Source: Candidatus Cryptobacteroides sp. (GTDB lineage Bacteria; Bacteroidota; Bacteroidia; Bacteroidales; UBA932). Taken from it: a DNA stretch of 64,000 bases. Of this stretch, positions 46,077 through 55,830 are shown piece after piece. The position numbers were made by a program, and so were the translations under genes. Positions within the stretch are counted from its first letter, which is position 1, and every line of letters starts with the position of its first letter. The DNA lies in contig JBGVPH010000012.1 of the NCBI GenBank assembly GCA_045126915.1, positions 9,264-73,263 on the forward strand. The letters run 5' to 3'. The notes below the pieces were generated by a model. The model saw nothing but the letters and a program-made list of their open reading frames with translations, had not been told where the DNA came from and did not search any database.

Positions 46077-47364
46077 GCTGTTCTTCAAACAGATTTATTG
46101 CGGGGAGCTTTGCACTGTAAAGCTCCCTGCATTGTTTAAACAGGGCATCGGTATAGCGAGCCTGTCCAGGGCCTTTCCATGTGCTTGTATTTGTAATAAG
46201 AATCCAGCATTCTCCGTCAGGGAAGTATTTTACAAGAGCAGTTGTGCCTGCCAGTGTGCCTGTTCTGCTCCATCCTTTGACAGGATCTGTGTCATTCCAT
46301 CCAAGCGAGAAGGTGTCTCTGTCGTAATACTCGGTCATCTGAGCGACGGCTTCCTTTGATATTATATCCGGAACTTCTTCTCTTCCGTCGATAGATGCAA
46401 CCAGTCTTGCAAGTTCAGCAGGAGAGCCGCACCATGCTCCGGCACCGGCAAGCATAGGGATGTTGTTGCCACCATAACATCTTTCTACTATCCTTCCGCT
46501 GTTGTTGTATTCCTCAATGAATTTTCCGTCTCCTTCGTGAGTGTAATATCTTACCTCATTTTCCCTCTTGTCTTCGTAATATATGCCTGCTATGTGCATA
46601 TCATAAACGCCGGCAGGCAGAAGTACATCCTCCTTGATGAAGTCTGCATAAGGCTTGCCAGATACTTCTTCTATAATACGTGAAAGAAGAAGATAACCGA
46701 AATTGGAGTATCTCTCCCATTCTCCTGGCTTGAATCTCAGTCTCTTAGGGAGAATGAACCTGAAGAAATCATCTGCCTCAGGAGCATGGTCGAGCTGCAT
46801 CAGATGCATTACGTCTCTTGATGAGAAAAGCGGGTCTCTAAAGAAACCACCCTGATGTCTCAGAAGGTGCTCGATAGTTATCTTATGGCAGTTCTTGTCC
46901 CTGATCAGTGAGTCCAGGGGAGTCCCGTGTAGTATTCCGGAGGGGCCAAATACAGTGTCCTTGATGCTGAGCATTTCCTTGTCCTGAAGTACCATGACTC
47001 CTACTGCGGTAATCAACTTCGAAACGGAGGCCATTCTCATTATGTGGCTTGGCTGCATTTCCAGCTCCTTTTCTTCTTCTGCCCAACCGTAGCCTTTTGC
47101 ATATACAAGGGAATCATTTCTCATGATTGCAAGTGATCCACCCTTGATGAACCATTTTCTGAGATAATTACTTACTCTTCTGTCAAGTCCGGCAAGGTCT
47201 TGAACCTCTGACATCTCATTTGTGAGCATCAGATTCAGCCTAGGAGGCAATTTTGGCAACGGTTGAGGTTTTGGAAGAGGCTTTATGAATATGAATGATG
47301 CCGCTGCTGCAGCTATGATTACAGCAACGGCAATTCTTGATATTACCTTTCCATTGATTCTCAT
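46054..47364 (-). CDS. serine hydrolase, beta-lactamase/class C family
   Basis: ASVSK (SxxK), LLRHQGG, PG...YSNFGY..L..IIE. Confidence 0.85.
   Translation of the reverse strand: MRINGKVISRIAVAVIIAAAAASFIFIKPLPKPQPLPKLPPRLNLMLTNEMSEVQDLAGLDRRVSNYLRKWFIKGGSLAIMRNDSLVYAKGYGWAEEEKELEMQPSHIMRMASVSKLITAVGVMVLQDKEMLSIKDTVFGPSGILHGTPLDSLIRDKNCHKITIEHLLRHQGGFFRDPLFSSRDVMHLMQLDHAPEADDFFRFILPKRLRFKPGEWERYSNFGYLLLSRIIEEVSGKPYADFIKEDVLLPAGVYDMHIAGIYYEDKRENEVRYYTHEGDGKFIEEYNNSGRIVERCYGGNNIPMLAGAGAWCGSPAELARLVASIDGREEVPDIISKEAVAQMTEYYDRDTFSLGWNDTDPVKGWSRTGTLAGTTALVKYFPDGECWILITNTSTWKGPGQARYTDALFKQCRELYSAKLPAINLFEEQPICSPSL
46100..46130 (+). terminator. hairpin after glpC, embedded in the 3' end of the convergent gene
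   Basis: gcggggagcttt/aaagctccctgc 12-bp stem followed by attgttt. Confidence 0.5.
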
Positions 47365-47372
47365 CAGTCAAC

Positions 47373-48767
47373 TTAAATATTTCCTCCCAGAATTGATGGA
47401 TCTCCTCCATCCTTAAGGATGTTGAATTTCCTGAACAGACTTCTGAGCATTATTGCACTTAGAAGGAATGACAGAACGTCTGACACAGGATAACTCAGCC
47501 AGATTCCCTCTGCCCCTATCCAAAGCGGAAGGAGATACAATGCAGGTATAAGGAAGATTATCTGTCTTGAGAGTGAAAGAAGAACGGAACGTCTTATCAT
47601 TCCCAATGACTGGAAGAAGTTTGTCGTGATCATCTGAAATCCCACGGTAGGGAGACCAAGACCAAGAATTCGAAGTCCCTTTTCTGCTATATCAAGAAGC
47701 TCTCTGTCGTGTGTGAATATTCCTGTAGCTGCACGAGGGATGAACATTGATATAAGAAAACAGATCATCGTTACTACTGTTGCTGACATAGCTGTCTTCC
47801 AGAAGACCTGCTTTACTCTTGAATACTGTCTTGCACCATAATTATATCCCGCTATAGGCTGCATTCCCTGATTGAGTCCCATACATATCATGATGAACAT
47901 GAATACGATGCGGTTGCATATTCCGTATGCTCCGATGCCGAGATCTCCGCTATAGGAACGGAGCTGCTGGTTGATGAACAGGGTTACAAGGCAAGCTGCT
48001 GCATTCATAAGGAAAGGCCCGCTACCTATTGCAAGCGACTCCTTTGCTACTTTAAAGTTGAGTCTGAGGATTCCTTTCTTGAAATGCACTGCTCTGTTGT
48101 GGTTGCTGAAATGAAGCATCACTATCACGAGAGACACAGACTGCGAAATTACTGTTGCCCATGCTGCACCCGCTATGCCCATGTCCAGCGCAAAGATGAA
48201 TATCGGGTCAAGAATGGCATTCAGTATGACAGTGAATATGGTCAGCCCCATCGCTTTTTTCGGATCTCCTGTAGAACGCATTGCCGCGTTGAGTCCGAAA
48301 TACAGATGGGTGATGATGTTTCCATACAGAATTATGGTCATGTATTCCTTGGCATATGGCAAGGTGTTTTCGCTGGCACCAAAGAAATACAGGATAGGGT
48401 CAATGAAGATGAGTGAGACAGCCATGAACAACAGTCCTATGATTATGTTGAGGCTGACTACATTGCTGAGAACCTTGTTGCATGCGCTGTACTTCTTTCT
48501 TCCTAAGAAGATCGAAAGTATTGTCGCAGCTCCGGCACCTACAAGAGTACCGAATGCGGTTGAGAGGTTCATCAGTGGGAATGTGACGGCAAGTCCGGAT
48601 ATTGCCATAGGACCCACTCCCTGACCGATGTAGATACTGTCTATCATGTTATATAGCGATGACGCTGTCATCGCTATAATTGCAGGGAATGCGTATTTCT
48701 TCAGGAGTTTACCGATGTCTTCAGTTCCGAGGTCGGTGGGAATTGCAGCATTCTTGAGCTCTTCCAT
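47373..48767 (-). CDS. MATE family efflux transporter
   Basis: LYNMIDSIYIG, RSTGD.K..M, NAILDPIF, MGIAGAAWAT; about 12 TM segments. Confidence 0.92.
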   Translation of the reverse strand: MEELKNAAIPTDLGTEDIGKLLKKYAFPAIIAMTASSLYNMIDSIYIGQGVGPMAISGLAVTFPLMNLSTAFGTLVGAGAATILSIFLGRKKYSACNKVLSNVVSLNIIIGLLFMAVSLIFIDPILYFFGASENTLPYAKEYMTIILYGNIITHLYFGLNAAMRSTGDPKKAMGLTIFTVILNAILDPIFIFALDMGIAGAAWATVISQSVSLVIVMLHFSNHNRAVHFKKGILRLNFKVAKESLAIGSGPFLMNAAACLVTLFINQQLRSYSGDLGIGAYGICNRIVFMFIMICMGLNQGMQPIAGYNYGARQYSRVKQVFWKTAMSATVVTMICFLISMFIPRAATGIFTHDRELLDIAEKGLRILGLGLPTVGFQMITTNFFQSLGMIRRSVLLSLSRQIIFLIPALYLLPLWIGAEGIWLSYPVSDVLSFLLSAIMLRSLFRKFNILKDGGDPSILGGNI

Positions 48768-48768
48768 C

Positions 48769-49824
48769 TTACTCCTCCGGCTTGTCTACGAATTCAATCT
48801 CAAAGATAAGTGGCGCGTAACCAGGGATGTTCGTACTTCCGGAATAACCATATCCAAGTCCGGAATAGAACATTCCGATTGCCTTTGAACCCTTTCTCAT
48901 CTTTCTCATCTGCCAGAGTGTCTTGGAGAATCCAGGGATAACTTCGTTTTCTTCAAGTGTGATATCATCGTACTCTTCACCCCAGCTTACTGATGCCGGA
49001 CCAAAAGTTCTGCCCTCGGTGTCGATATAATTGTCAAGAGCGACTCTTTCGATGTTTGTATCGAATATGAGACCATTCAGAAGTCTTCCTGTGTAATTGA
49101 TGTAGATGGTTGTATCTTCAGGGAAATCCTTCTCGACAAGTTCTTCTTCCAATGTCTTGAAGAACATACCATATGCAATACCTGTAGTGTCTTCAAGTGT
49201 GGTTCCATAGAATTCACCATCATAGAAATCTCTGTCGTTGAACTTTCTCACCATCTTGACAAACTGCCATTCATTGATGTCCATCGTGAAGTCTGTGACC
49301 TTAACATCAAATATGGTGTTCGAAAAATCTGTTGACTGTCCAAGGTATTCTTCTTCAGATGAGAAGTTGTTGTATGACATCAGCCACGAAGGAACGATGA
49401 ATTTTCTGGTTTCTCCGATCTTCATTCCAAGGATTCCGTCAAGGACTCCTGCACGGATTGTCTCATCCGCAGTTGTCCAGACCTGAGGACCATAATAGCT
49501 GCTTCGAGCATAAACGCCAAGCTGTTCTGCCTGTTCTGCATTGGTGTAGTCTGTAATGTTGCCAGTCAGATCTGTTGTGGTGTATTCCACAATAGCATAT
49601 CCGTCCTTGACAACTGTTGCACTGCCATCAGTCTTTGTCTCGTCAATCACGTATATGCCTCTGCCTGTTTTCGTGCATTGAGAGAATTTGTCACTATTTA
49701 CCTTAAGCCAGGCATTGAAATACCTCTGATTAGCTTCGTTTACGCCTTCTGAAATGGTTCTCGCACAGCTGACCGTGATGATGGCAGCTGCTGCAAAAAT
49801 GATGTATTTGAAAATGTGCTTCAT
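48769..49824 (-). CDS. FKBP-type peptidyl-prolyl isomerase-like lipoprotein (two domains)
   Basis: lipobox TVSC; YTGRLLNGLIFDTN, VIPGF, GLGYG...IPGYAPLIFEIE. Confidence 0.78.
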   Translation of the reverse strand: MKHIFKYIIFAAAAIITVSCARTISEGVNEANQRYFNAWLKVNSDKFSQCTKTGRGIYVIDETKTDGSATVVKDGYAIVEYTTTDLTGNITDYTNAEQAEQLGVYARSSYYGPQVWTTADETIRAGVLDGILGMKIGETRKFIVPSWLMSYNNFSSEEEYLGQSTDFSNTIFDVKVTDFTMDINEWQFVKMVRKFNDRDFYDGEFYGTTLEDTTGIAYGMFFKTLEEELVEKDFPEDTTIYINYTGRLLNGLIFDTNIERVALDNYIDTEGRTFGPASVSWGEEYDDITLEENEVIPGFSKTLWQMRKMRKGSKAIGMFYSGLGYGYSGSTNIPGYAPLIFEIEFVDKPEE

Positions 49825-49875
49825 TGTCGGTTTTTGTAAAACAACCCGCAAATATATAAAATATATCGGATATGA

Positions 49876-50427
49876 CTAGTCATTAGAGATACTTTCAACC
49901 CAAATCTTATAGAGGAGCGCAGAGTTTGCAGGAATTATGCCAAACTCCTTGTTTCCGAATCCGTATTTGCCCGTGAAGAGAATCTGACATTCTTCGCCAC
50001 CTTTTACTCCGATAAGACCGGCTTTAAGACCAGGTAGTAACCTATAGTCATTCATGTTTATCGTCAGGATCTGTGAACCTTCGTCTGTAAGTGTCCATCC
50101 GGACTCTGTAGCACTCTCCACGCGGTTGGTGACAAAGAGATTGCTTTTGCTGAAACTTCCGCTGAATGTGTATCCTGCGTAGTGAAACGCAATGTTTCCG
50201 TTTGCAGTGAGTTCCGGCCCTTCTCCTTCCTTTGTGACAAGGCGTGATGAACCGTCGTTATAGACAACGCGCAGAGTGTCGCCTCCAACAACCCTGTTCT
50301 TTTCTATATACTGGTCGATCCTGTTCTCCTGAGAATTGTATGTGGTCTCCAATTTCTGCTTGACGCATGATGTGGAAATGATGCACAAGGCTGCAATAAT
50401 GATATGTCTAAGCTTCATTTTCTTCAT
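49876..50427 (-). CDS. FKBP-type peptidyl-prolyl isomerase lipoprotein
   Basis: lipobox STSC; GLKAGL.GVKGGE...I..GKYGFG...IIPANSAL.Y.I. Confidence 0.8.
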   Translation of the reverse strand: MKKMKLRHIIIAALCIISTSCVKQKLETTYNSQENRIDQYIEKNRVVGGDTLRVVYNDGSSRLVTKEGEGPELTANGNIAFHYAGYTFSGSFSKSNLFVTNRVESATESGWTLTDEGSQILTINMNDYRLLPGLKAGLIGVKGGEECQILFTGKYGFGNKEFGIIPANSALLYKIWVESISND

Positions 50428-51469
50428 TTATAAATATATGTGTGTGCCTTTCAATGTAGTCTGCAGCCTCTTCTATGCTGCTTATGTCTGCCGGAATGTT
50501 CAATCTTCCCCCAGCTGCGTTCTCGTGTCCTCCTCCGTTGAAGTGGAGTCTTGAACATCTGTTTGCAGAGACGCCTTTCTTGGATCTGATGGACACTCTG
50601 ACCCTGTCGTTGTCTTCCTTAAGCAGGATGCTCATCTTTACGGATGCAATAGATAACGGCATATTTACAAATCCTTCTGTATCGCCTTCTTCAATGCTGT
50701 ACTTGTCAAGGGTCGGTTTGTCAAGCACGATGTACGCAACTCCATCTTCCGTAATCTTCATAAGGTCTTTCAGGATGTGTCCCAGAAGCCTCAGACGGTT
50801 TTCGCCATATTGGTTATATATGTTGTATATGATCTTATCCCTGTCTACTCCGATTGCTATAAGCTCTGATGCCATCTGAAGAGTTGAAGGATAGGTTGAG
50901 TTTGCAAAATTGTTGGTATCTGTGGTCATACCTGTCAACATCGATTCTGCAGCAAAAGCAGGAAGCATCTCCGGCCTGCCATCGCACTGCGGGCTTGACT
51001 TGAGAATGTGGTACAGCAATTCGGATGCAGAGGAAATTTCCTGGTATGAAAAGACAAGGTCGAATGCATCTGTATCAGGACTCAGATGGTGGTCGATAAG
51101 TACCTTATATGCGGCGGCTTCCGTCAATGCTGACTCGAGGCGGTCAGTGCGATGGAATGCATTGAAATCCAATGCAATGATGTGATCGGCTTCGCTGATG
51201 GTGCGAAGTGTGTCTTCTGGATTTTCTCCATAAACGAAGATGTCGTTTTCAATCTCTGGTGTAGTCATGAAAGCTATGCTTCGGGGATATCTGTCATTCA
51301 GTACAATGCTGGTTCTGCAGTTGAAGTATTGTCTGATGAAGCTATACATTGCCAAAGAACTTCCCATTGCATCGCCGTCTGGCTTGAAATGGGTCACTAT
51401 GACAGTCCTTTCTGCTTTCTGAAGCTCTGAAAAAAGCCTGTTTATGTCCGATTGGTTGAATAATGGCAT
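50408..51469 (-). CDS. DHH family phosphoesterase (NrnA-like)
   Basis: H..PDGDA.GS, IDHH, TDT..F, DHHA1 domain GGGHENAAG. Confidence 0.9.
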   Translation of the reverse strand: MPLFNQSDINRLFSELQKAERTVIVTHFKPDGDAMGSSLAMYSFIRQYFNCRTSIVLNDRYPRSIAFMTTPEIENDIFVYGENPEDTLRTISEADHIIALDFNAFHRTDRLESALTEAAAYKVLIDHHLSPDTDAFDLVFSYQEISSASELLYHILKSSPQCDGRPEMLPAFAAESMLTGMTTDTNNFANSTYPSTLQMASELIAIGVDRDKIIYNIYNQYGENRLRLLGHILKDLMKITEDGVAYIVLDKPTLDKYSIEEGDTEGFVNMPLSIASVKMSILLKEDNDRVRVSIRSKKGVSANRCSRLHFNGGGHENAAGGRLNIPADISSIEEAADYIERHTHIFINEENEA

Positions 51470-51571
51470 TCCGTAAATTTGTTTTTCAGGGCAAAATTAC
51501 AAATTATATTGCATTTCATAAATGAATTTTCTAACTTTGTCCGGCATTTTGGAAAAATTAAACATCAAGAT

Positions 51572-52261
51572 ATGAACTCAATTCTTAAAAAGGTACTGAC
51601 CTATCTTATTCTTCCTGCAATCATCGTAGGACTCGTTTATCTCATCGTTCAGAGCATTATGGAGCCTGTAGAATTCAACAAGCAGAAGGCTTTCCGTGAA
51701 AGCATTGCTGTTCAGAGACTTAAGGATATCCGTGATCTTCAGGTGGCTTTCAAGAACGTGAACGGTAAGTATTCGTCTACTATCGACTCACTCAAGCTTT
51801 TCTACAATGAGGGCAAGATCAAGGTCGTTATGCAGATCGGTTCAAAGGATGACTCTCTTGCAATGATCAACACAACAAACCTCAAGAGACGTAATCCAAG
51901 AATCAAGCCTGAGCAGATGCTCGAGCTCTACAAGCAGGGTCAGAAGCTCGTTTTCGAGATTCAGAATGAAATTCCGGTAAGAGATACTCTCTTCAATGAT
52001 CGTGAGGATTTCAATGTTGACTCTCTTGCAATGATTCCATTCTGCGGTGACTCAGTCATCATGGAGTCTACAGTTAAGATGGTGTCAGGTGTGAAGGTTC
52101 CTCTCTTCGAGGCTTCAATGCCTTATAAGTCTCTTCTCAGAGGTCTCAACAATCAGTTGAGAATTAACCTCGATGCTGAGAGAGATGATCAGGGACGTTA
52201 TCCTGGTCTTAAGGTCGGTAGCGTTACAGCTCCGAACAACAATGCAGGTAACTGGGAGTAA
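51572..52261 (+). CDS. conserved Bacteroidetes hypothetical membrane-anchored protein
   Basis: N-terminal TM, RLKDIRDLQ, YPGLKVGS...PNNNAGNWE; taactttg box upstream. Confidence 0.65.
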   Translation: MNSILKKVLTYLILPAIIVGLVYLIVQSIMEPVEFNKQKAFRESIAVQRLKDIRDLQVAFKNVNGKYSSTIDSLKLFYNEGKIKVVMQIGSKDDSLAMINTTNLKRRNPRIKPEQMLELYKQGQKLVFEIQNEIPVRDTLFNDREDFNVDSLAMIPFCGDSVIMESTVKMVSGVKVPLFEASMPYKSLLRGLNNQLRINLDAERDDQGRYPGLKVGSVTAPNNNAGNWE

Positions 52262-52944
52262 TGACAGATTATCATAAAGACAGAATATCCATTCAAGTCG
52301 GCTTGAGTGGATATTCTTTTAAGATAGAAACGGGGGATACGGTCCGCTCATCCGAATGGCTGAGTGCGGATCGTATCTTTACTTCTTCGGAGTTCCAGAG
52401 ACGCTATGACGATGTTGCTGTTTCGGTGTTTACCCCGAAGTGTGCCTTGGTTCCCCGCCAGTTTCATAATCCTGCAGAATCCAGGACACTGCTTGGTGAG
52501 ATAGCGAAGCTCAATGATTCAGACCATGTCGAGTGCGTTGAAGTTCCTCAGTTTGCATCTGTGCTTGTTTATTCCAATTCAATAGGCGAATCACTCTCAA
52601 GGGTGATTTCGGAGATGGTTCTCAGAACAGATGGCAGCGGAACCCGCCCTCTTCCTGAACTCTATCATATGCTGATGGCGTTACAGAATATCCAGGACTA
52701 TAATAAGATACTTGCTTCGTACAGGGATGGATATCTCTACCTGGTCATTGCTCAGGGACGTACTCTTCTTCTTTGCAATGCATTTGAGGCTCAGGATTTC
52801 ACCACCTGTGAGTATTTTATTTTCCTCGCAATGAAGAAGCTTCAGCTCAATGTAGAGATGTCTTCTGTATATTTCAGAACAGCTCTTGCTGAAGAGGAGG
52901 AAATTTCATTGTACCGTTATTTCAAGAACGTAGAGCAGATTTGA
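52261..52944 (+). CDS. DUF3822 family protein
   Basis: ISIQVGLSGYSF, LLLCN.F, YFIFLAM..LQL; lies directly before rsmD. Confidence 0.7.
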   Translation: MTDYHKDRISIQVGLSGYSFKIETGDTVRSSEWLSADRIFTSSEFQRRYDDVAVSVFTPKCALVPRQFHNPAESRTLLGEIAKLNDSDHVECVEVPQFASVLVYSNSIGESLSRVISEMVLRTDGSGTRPLPELYHMLMALQNIQDYNKILASYRDGYLYLVIAQGRTLLLCNAFEAQDFTTCEYFIFLAMKKLQLNVEMSSVYFRTALAEEEEISLYRYFKNVEQI

Positions 52945-52945
52945 T

Positions 52946-53491
52946 ATGAGGATAATCGGGGGACGTCTGAAAGGCAAGACTATCGAGCCGCCTCAAGGCT
53001 ATAAGGCAAGACCTACAACAGATTTTGCTAAAGAAGGGCTTTTCAATGTGTTGAATAATGAATATGAACTCGAGGGTTTGCAGGTTCTCGATCTCTTCGG
53101 TGGCACCGGAGGTATTTCCTTTGAGTTCGCATCCCGTGGTGCGTCGATGGTCTATTGTGTGGAGATGCTTCCTCTGCATTCCAACTTCATCCGTTCTCAG
53201 GCTGCAAAGTTCGGACTTAAGAATCTGACAGTAGTCAGGCATAATGTGTTCGAGTTCCTTGAAATATGTCGTGAGAAGTTCGATATAATCTTTGCTGATC
53301 CGCCATATGCTCTTGAGGATCTGGCTACCATACCGGACAAGGTTTTTGCTAAAGACATTCTTCATCCCGGAGCATATTTCATCCTTGAACATCCTGCTGA
53401 TTATGATTTCAGTCAGCACCCTTATTTCTTGAAGGAGAGAAAATACGGCAATGTCCATTTCTCCTTCTTTGAAGCACCAGAAAGTAAGTAG
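52946..53491 (+). CDS. rsmD: 16S rRNA (guanine966-N2)-methyltransferase RsmD
   Basis: MRIIGG..KG, RPTTD..KE.LFN, DLFGGTG, IFADPPY, RKYG. Confidence 0.93.
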   Translation: MRIIGGRLKGKTIEPPQGYKARPTTDFAKEGLFNVLNNEYELEGLQVLDLFGGTGGISFEFASRGASMVYCVEMLPLHSNFIRSQAAKFGLKNLTVVRHNVFEFLEICREKFDIIFADPPYALEDLATIPDKVFAKDILHPGAYFILEHPADYDFSQHPYFLKERKYGNVHFSFFEAPESK

Positions 53492-53523
53492 TAGATAATA
53501 AGTAGTAGATAAACAGTAGTGGT

Positions 53524-55233
53524 ATGAACATTAACCTGAAAGAAGTATTCCAGCCCAAATTGTTCGGGCTGTTCAAGAAAGGTCACTATAATAAGGAGAC
53601 CTTCATGTCAGACCTCATTGCCGGAATTATTGTCGGCATCATTGCTCTCCCTTTGGCAATTGCATTCGGTATTGCCAGTGGAGTGACTCCTCAGCAGGGA
53701 CTTATTACAGCCATTGTTGCTGGATTCCTGATCTCTTTCTTCGGAGGATCCAACTTCCTTATCGGTGGACCTACCGGAGCTTTCATTGTCATCGTTGCCG
53801 GCATCGTAGGCCAGTACGGTATGCAGGGACTCATCATTGCGACTATCATGGCAGGTGTGTTCCTTGTGGCAATGGGTCTTTCTAAGATGGGTGCGATCTT
53901 TAAATTCATTCCTTACCCAATCGTAGTGGGATTCACCAGTGGTATTGCTCTAACTATCTTCTCTACTCAGATGAAGGATTTCTTTGGACTTCCGCTGGAT
54001 CTTGCTGTTCCTGCAGGCTTCATTCCGCAGTGGGGATGTTATTTTCAGAATATAGGTTCAATCAATTGGGTTGAGTTCGCTATGAGTATGGGCTGTCTCC
54101 TTATCTGCATATTCTGGGGTAAGGTGACAAAGAAGATTCCGGGATCGCTTATTGCACTTGTGCTCGGAACTCTTGTATCAGTGTTGCTCAGCAAATTCGC
54201 AGGTGTTGAACTTGCTACCATCGGCTCTAAGTTCCCAGAACTTGCCAACGGACTTCCAATGCCGAAGCCAGTTGCTCCTGAGTTTGATTTTGAGACAATC
54301 AAGGGTCTTGTTTCACCAGCTTTTACAATTGCGATACTTTGTGCGATAGAGTCCCTTCTTGCTGCCATGGTCGCTGACGGCGCTACCGGTAAGAAGCATA
54401 ATTCCAATACTGAGCTCATCGGACAGGGTATTGCAAACATCATTACACCGATGTTCGGCGGTATTCCTGCAACAGGAGCTCTTGCGAGAACGATGGCGAG
54501 TATCAATAACGGTGGAAAGTCTCCTGTTACAGGTCTTATACACGCAGTTGTTCTTCTTATTATTTATCTCTTCCTCATGCCATATGCGGTCTATATTCCG
54601 CTTTCATGTCTTGCTGCTATCCTTGTAATGGTGGCTTATAATATGAGTGAGTGGAGAACATTCAAGTATCTCCTTAGAGGTGATAAGTCAGATGTTGCTG
54701 TACTTCTTATTACATTCTTCCTTACCGTCATCGTTGACCTTACTGTGGCAATCGAGGTGGGTGTCGTACTTGCGATTGTCCTTTTTGTACGTCGTGTCAT
54801 GCAGACTTCTACTATCTCTGTACTTGACGGAAATGATGTGGCTGCAACAGAGGATATCGAGAAGGCCTCAATGGAGGATACCGACCGTCTTTCAATCCCT
54901 GAAGGTGTTGAGGTCTATGAGATCGACGGACCATTCTTCTTCGGACTTGCAAGCCGCTTTGAGGAGTTTGAGAGTCGCAAGGGTGGCAACATCAAGGTTC
55001 GTATCATCCGTATGAGAAAAGTTCCGTTCATGGATTCAACAGGAGTGAACAACCTCAGGAACCTTTGTGAGAGAACACGTAAGAGAGGCGTGACTATAAT
55101 TCTTTCCGGTGTAACTGACAGTGTCAATCAGACTCTCGTCAAGTTTGGTGTAGACCAGGAGATCGGAAGTGAGAATATCTTCCCGCACATTGTGCCAGCT
55201 TTGGCCAGAGCGGCTGAGATCGCTTCTAAGTAG
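53524..55233 (+). CDS. SulP family anion transporter with STAS domain
   Basis: DLIAG..VG.IALPLAIAFGIASG, IGGPTG, ELIGQG.AN, GPFFFG, RMRKVPFMDSTG. Confidence 0.92.
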   Translation: MNINLKEVFQPKLFGLFKKGHYNKETFMSDLIAGIIVGIIALPLAIAFGIASGVTPQQGLITAIVAGFLISFFGGSNFLIGGPTGAFIVIVAGIVGQYGMQGLIIATIMAGVFLVAMGLSKMGAIFKFIPYPIVVGFTSGIALTIFSTQMKDFFGLPLDLAVPAGFIPQWGCYFQNIGSINWVEFAMSMGCLLICIFWGKVTKKIPGSLIALVLGTLVSVLLSKFAGVELATIGSKFPELANGLPMPKPVAPEFDFETIKGLVSPAFTIAILCAIESLLAAMVADGATGKKHNSNTELIGQGIANIITPMFGGIPATGALARTMASINNGGKSPVTGLIHAVVLLIIYLFLMPYAVYIPLSCLAAILVMVAYNMSEWRTFKYLLRGDKSDVAVLLITFFLTVIVDLTVAIEVGVVLAIVLFVRRVMQTSTISVLDGNDVAATEDIEKASMEDTDRLSIPEGVEVYEIDGPFFFGLASRFEEFESRKGGNIKVRIIRMRKVPFMDSTGVNNLRNLCERTRKRGVTIILSGVTDSVNQTLVKFGVDQEIGSENIFPHIVPALARAAEIASK

Positions 55234-55236
55234 AGG

Positions 55237-55800
55237 CTACATAAGCCATTTTGACATATCAAGTCCGTTTGCGAGACCTTCGCGAATGAATGTTGACGAT
55301 ATGTCAATCAATTCAGCATCAAGTATTTCAATCTGATATGACGGATCTTCTTTCTGAAGGTCCGTCTTTATTGCATCTGTGTCAAAGCCTGTGCGAGGGT
55401 AGACAAGTACTCCATATTCAGTGAGTATACGTGCGTAGTCTTTCCATCGTCTTATATCAGCGAGATTGTCGCTGCCAATGACCAGTGTGAAGGTGTCTTC
55501 CGGATGCTTTTCTTTAAGTGTGTCGAGTGTGCGGATCGTATAGTGCGGCTCCGGCATAGTCAGCTCGATATCATCCACTATGACTTTTTCGGAGTTATGA
55601 AAGTGACGGTCTACTGCTGCTGCCGCTGATTTGTAGCGGTCTGTCCCTGAGGCGCTGCTGATGTTTTCTTTCAAAGGATTCTTTGGAGAAACTATCAGAC
55701 GTACGCAGTCATAACCTCCTGCTCCTGTCAGATGTTTCAGGATGGCGAGGTGGCCTATGTGAAGAGGATTGAATGATCCGCTATATACCGCTGTCTTCAT
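55237..55800 (-). CDS. nadD: nicotinate-nucleotide adenylyltransferase
   Basis: YSGSFNPLHIGH, SP.NPLK, YTI.TL, GSDNL...W, ISSTFIR. Confidence 0.92.
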   Translation of the reverse strand: MKTAVYSGSFNPLHIGHLAILKHLTGAGGYDCVRLIVSPKNPLKENISSASGTDRYKSAAAAVDRHFHNSEKVIVDDIELTMPEPHYTIRTLDTLKEKHPEDTFTLVIGSDNLADIRRWKDYARILTEYGVLVYPRTGFDTDAIKTDLQKEDPSYQIEILDAELIDISSTFIREGLANGLDMSKWLM

Positions 55801-55805
55801 AGTAA

Positions 55806-55829
55806 CGTCATTGCCGTCATTGAGGGCAA
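55806..55829. repeat. decayed CGTCATTG REP remnants
   Basis: cgtcattgccgtcattgagggcaa fills the 30-bp gmk-nadD gap; shares cgtcattgcc with the copies at 16435-16444 and 21005-21014. Confidence 0.45.
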
Positions 55830-55830
55830 G

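Noticed and set aside
53488-53523. Short direct repeat taagtagtagataa x2
   Set aside because: Low-complexity 14-mer duplication in a 32-bp gap with no evident function
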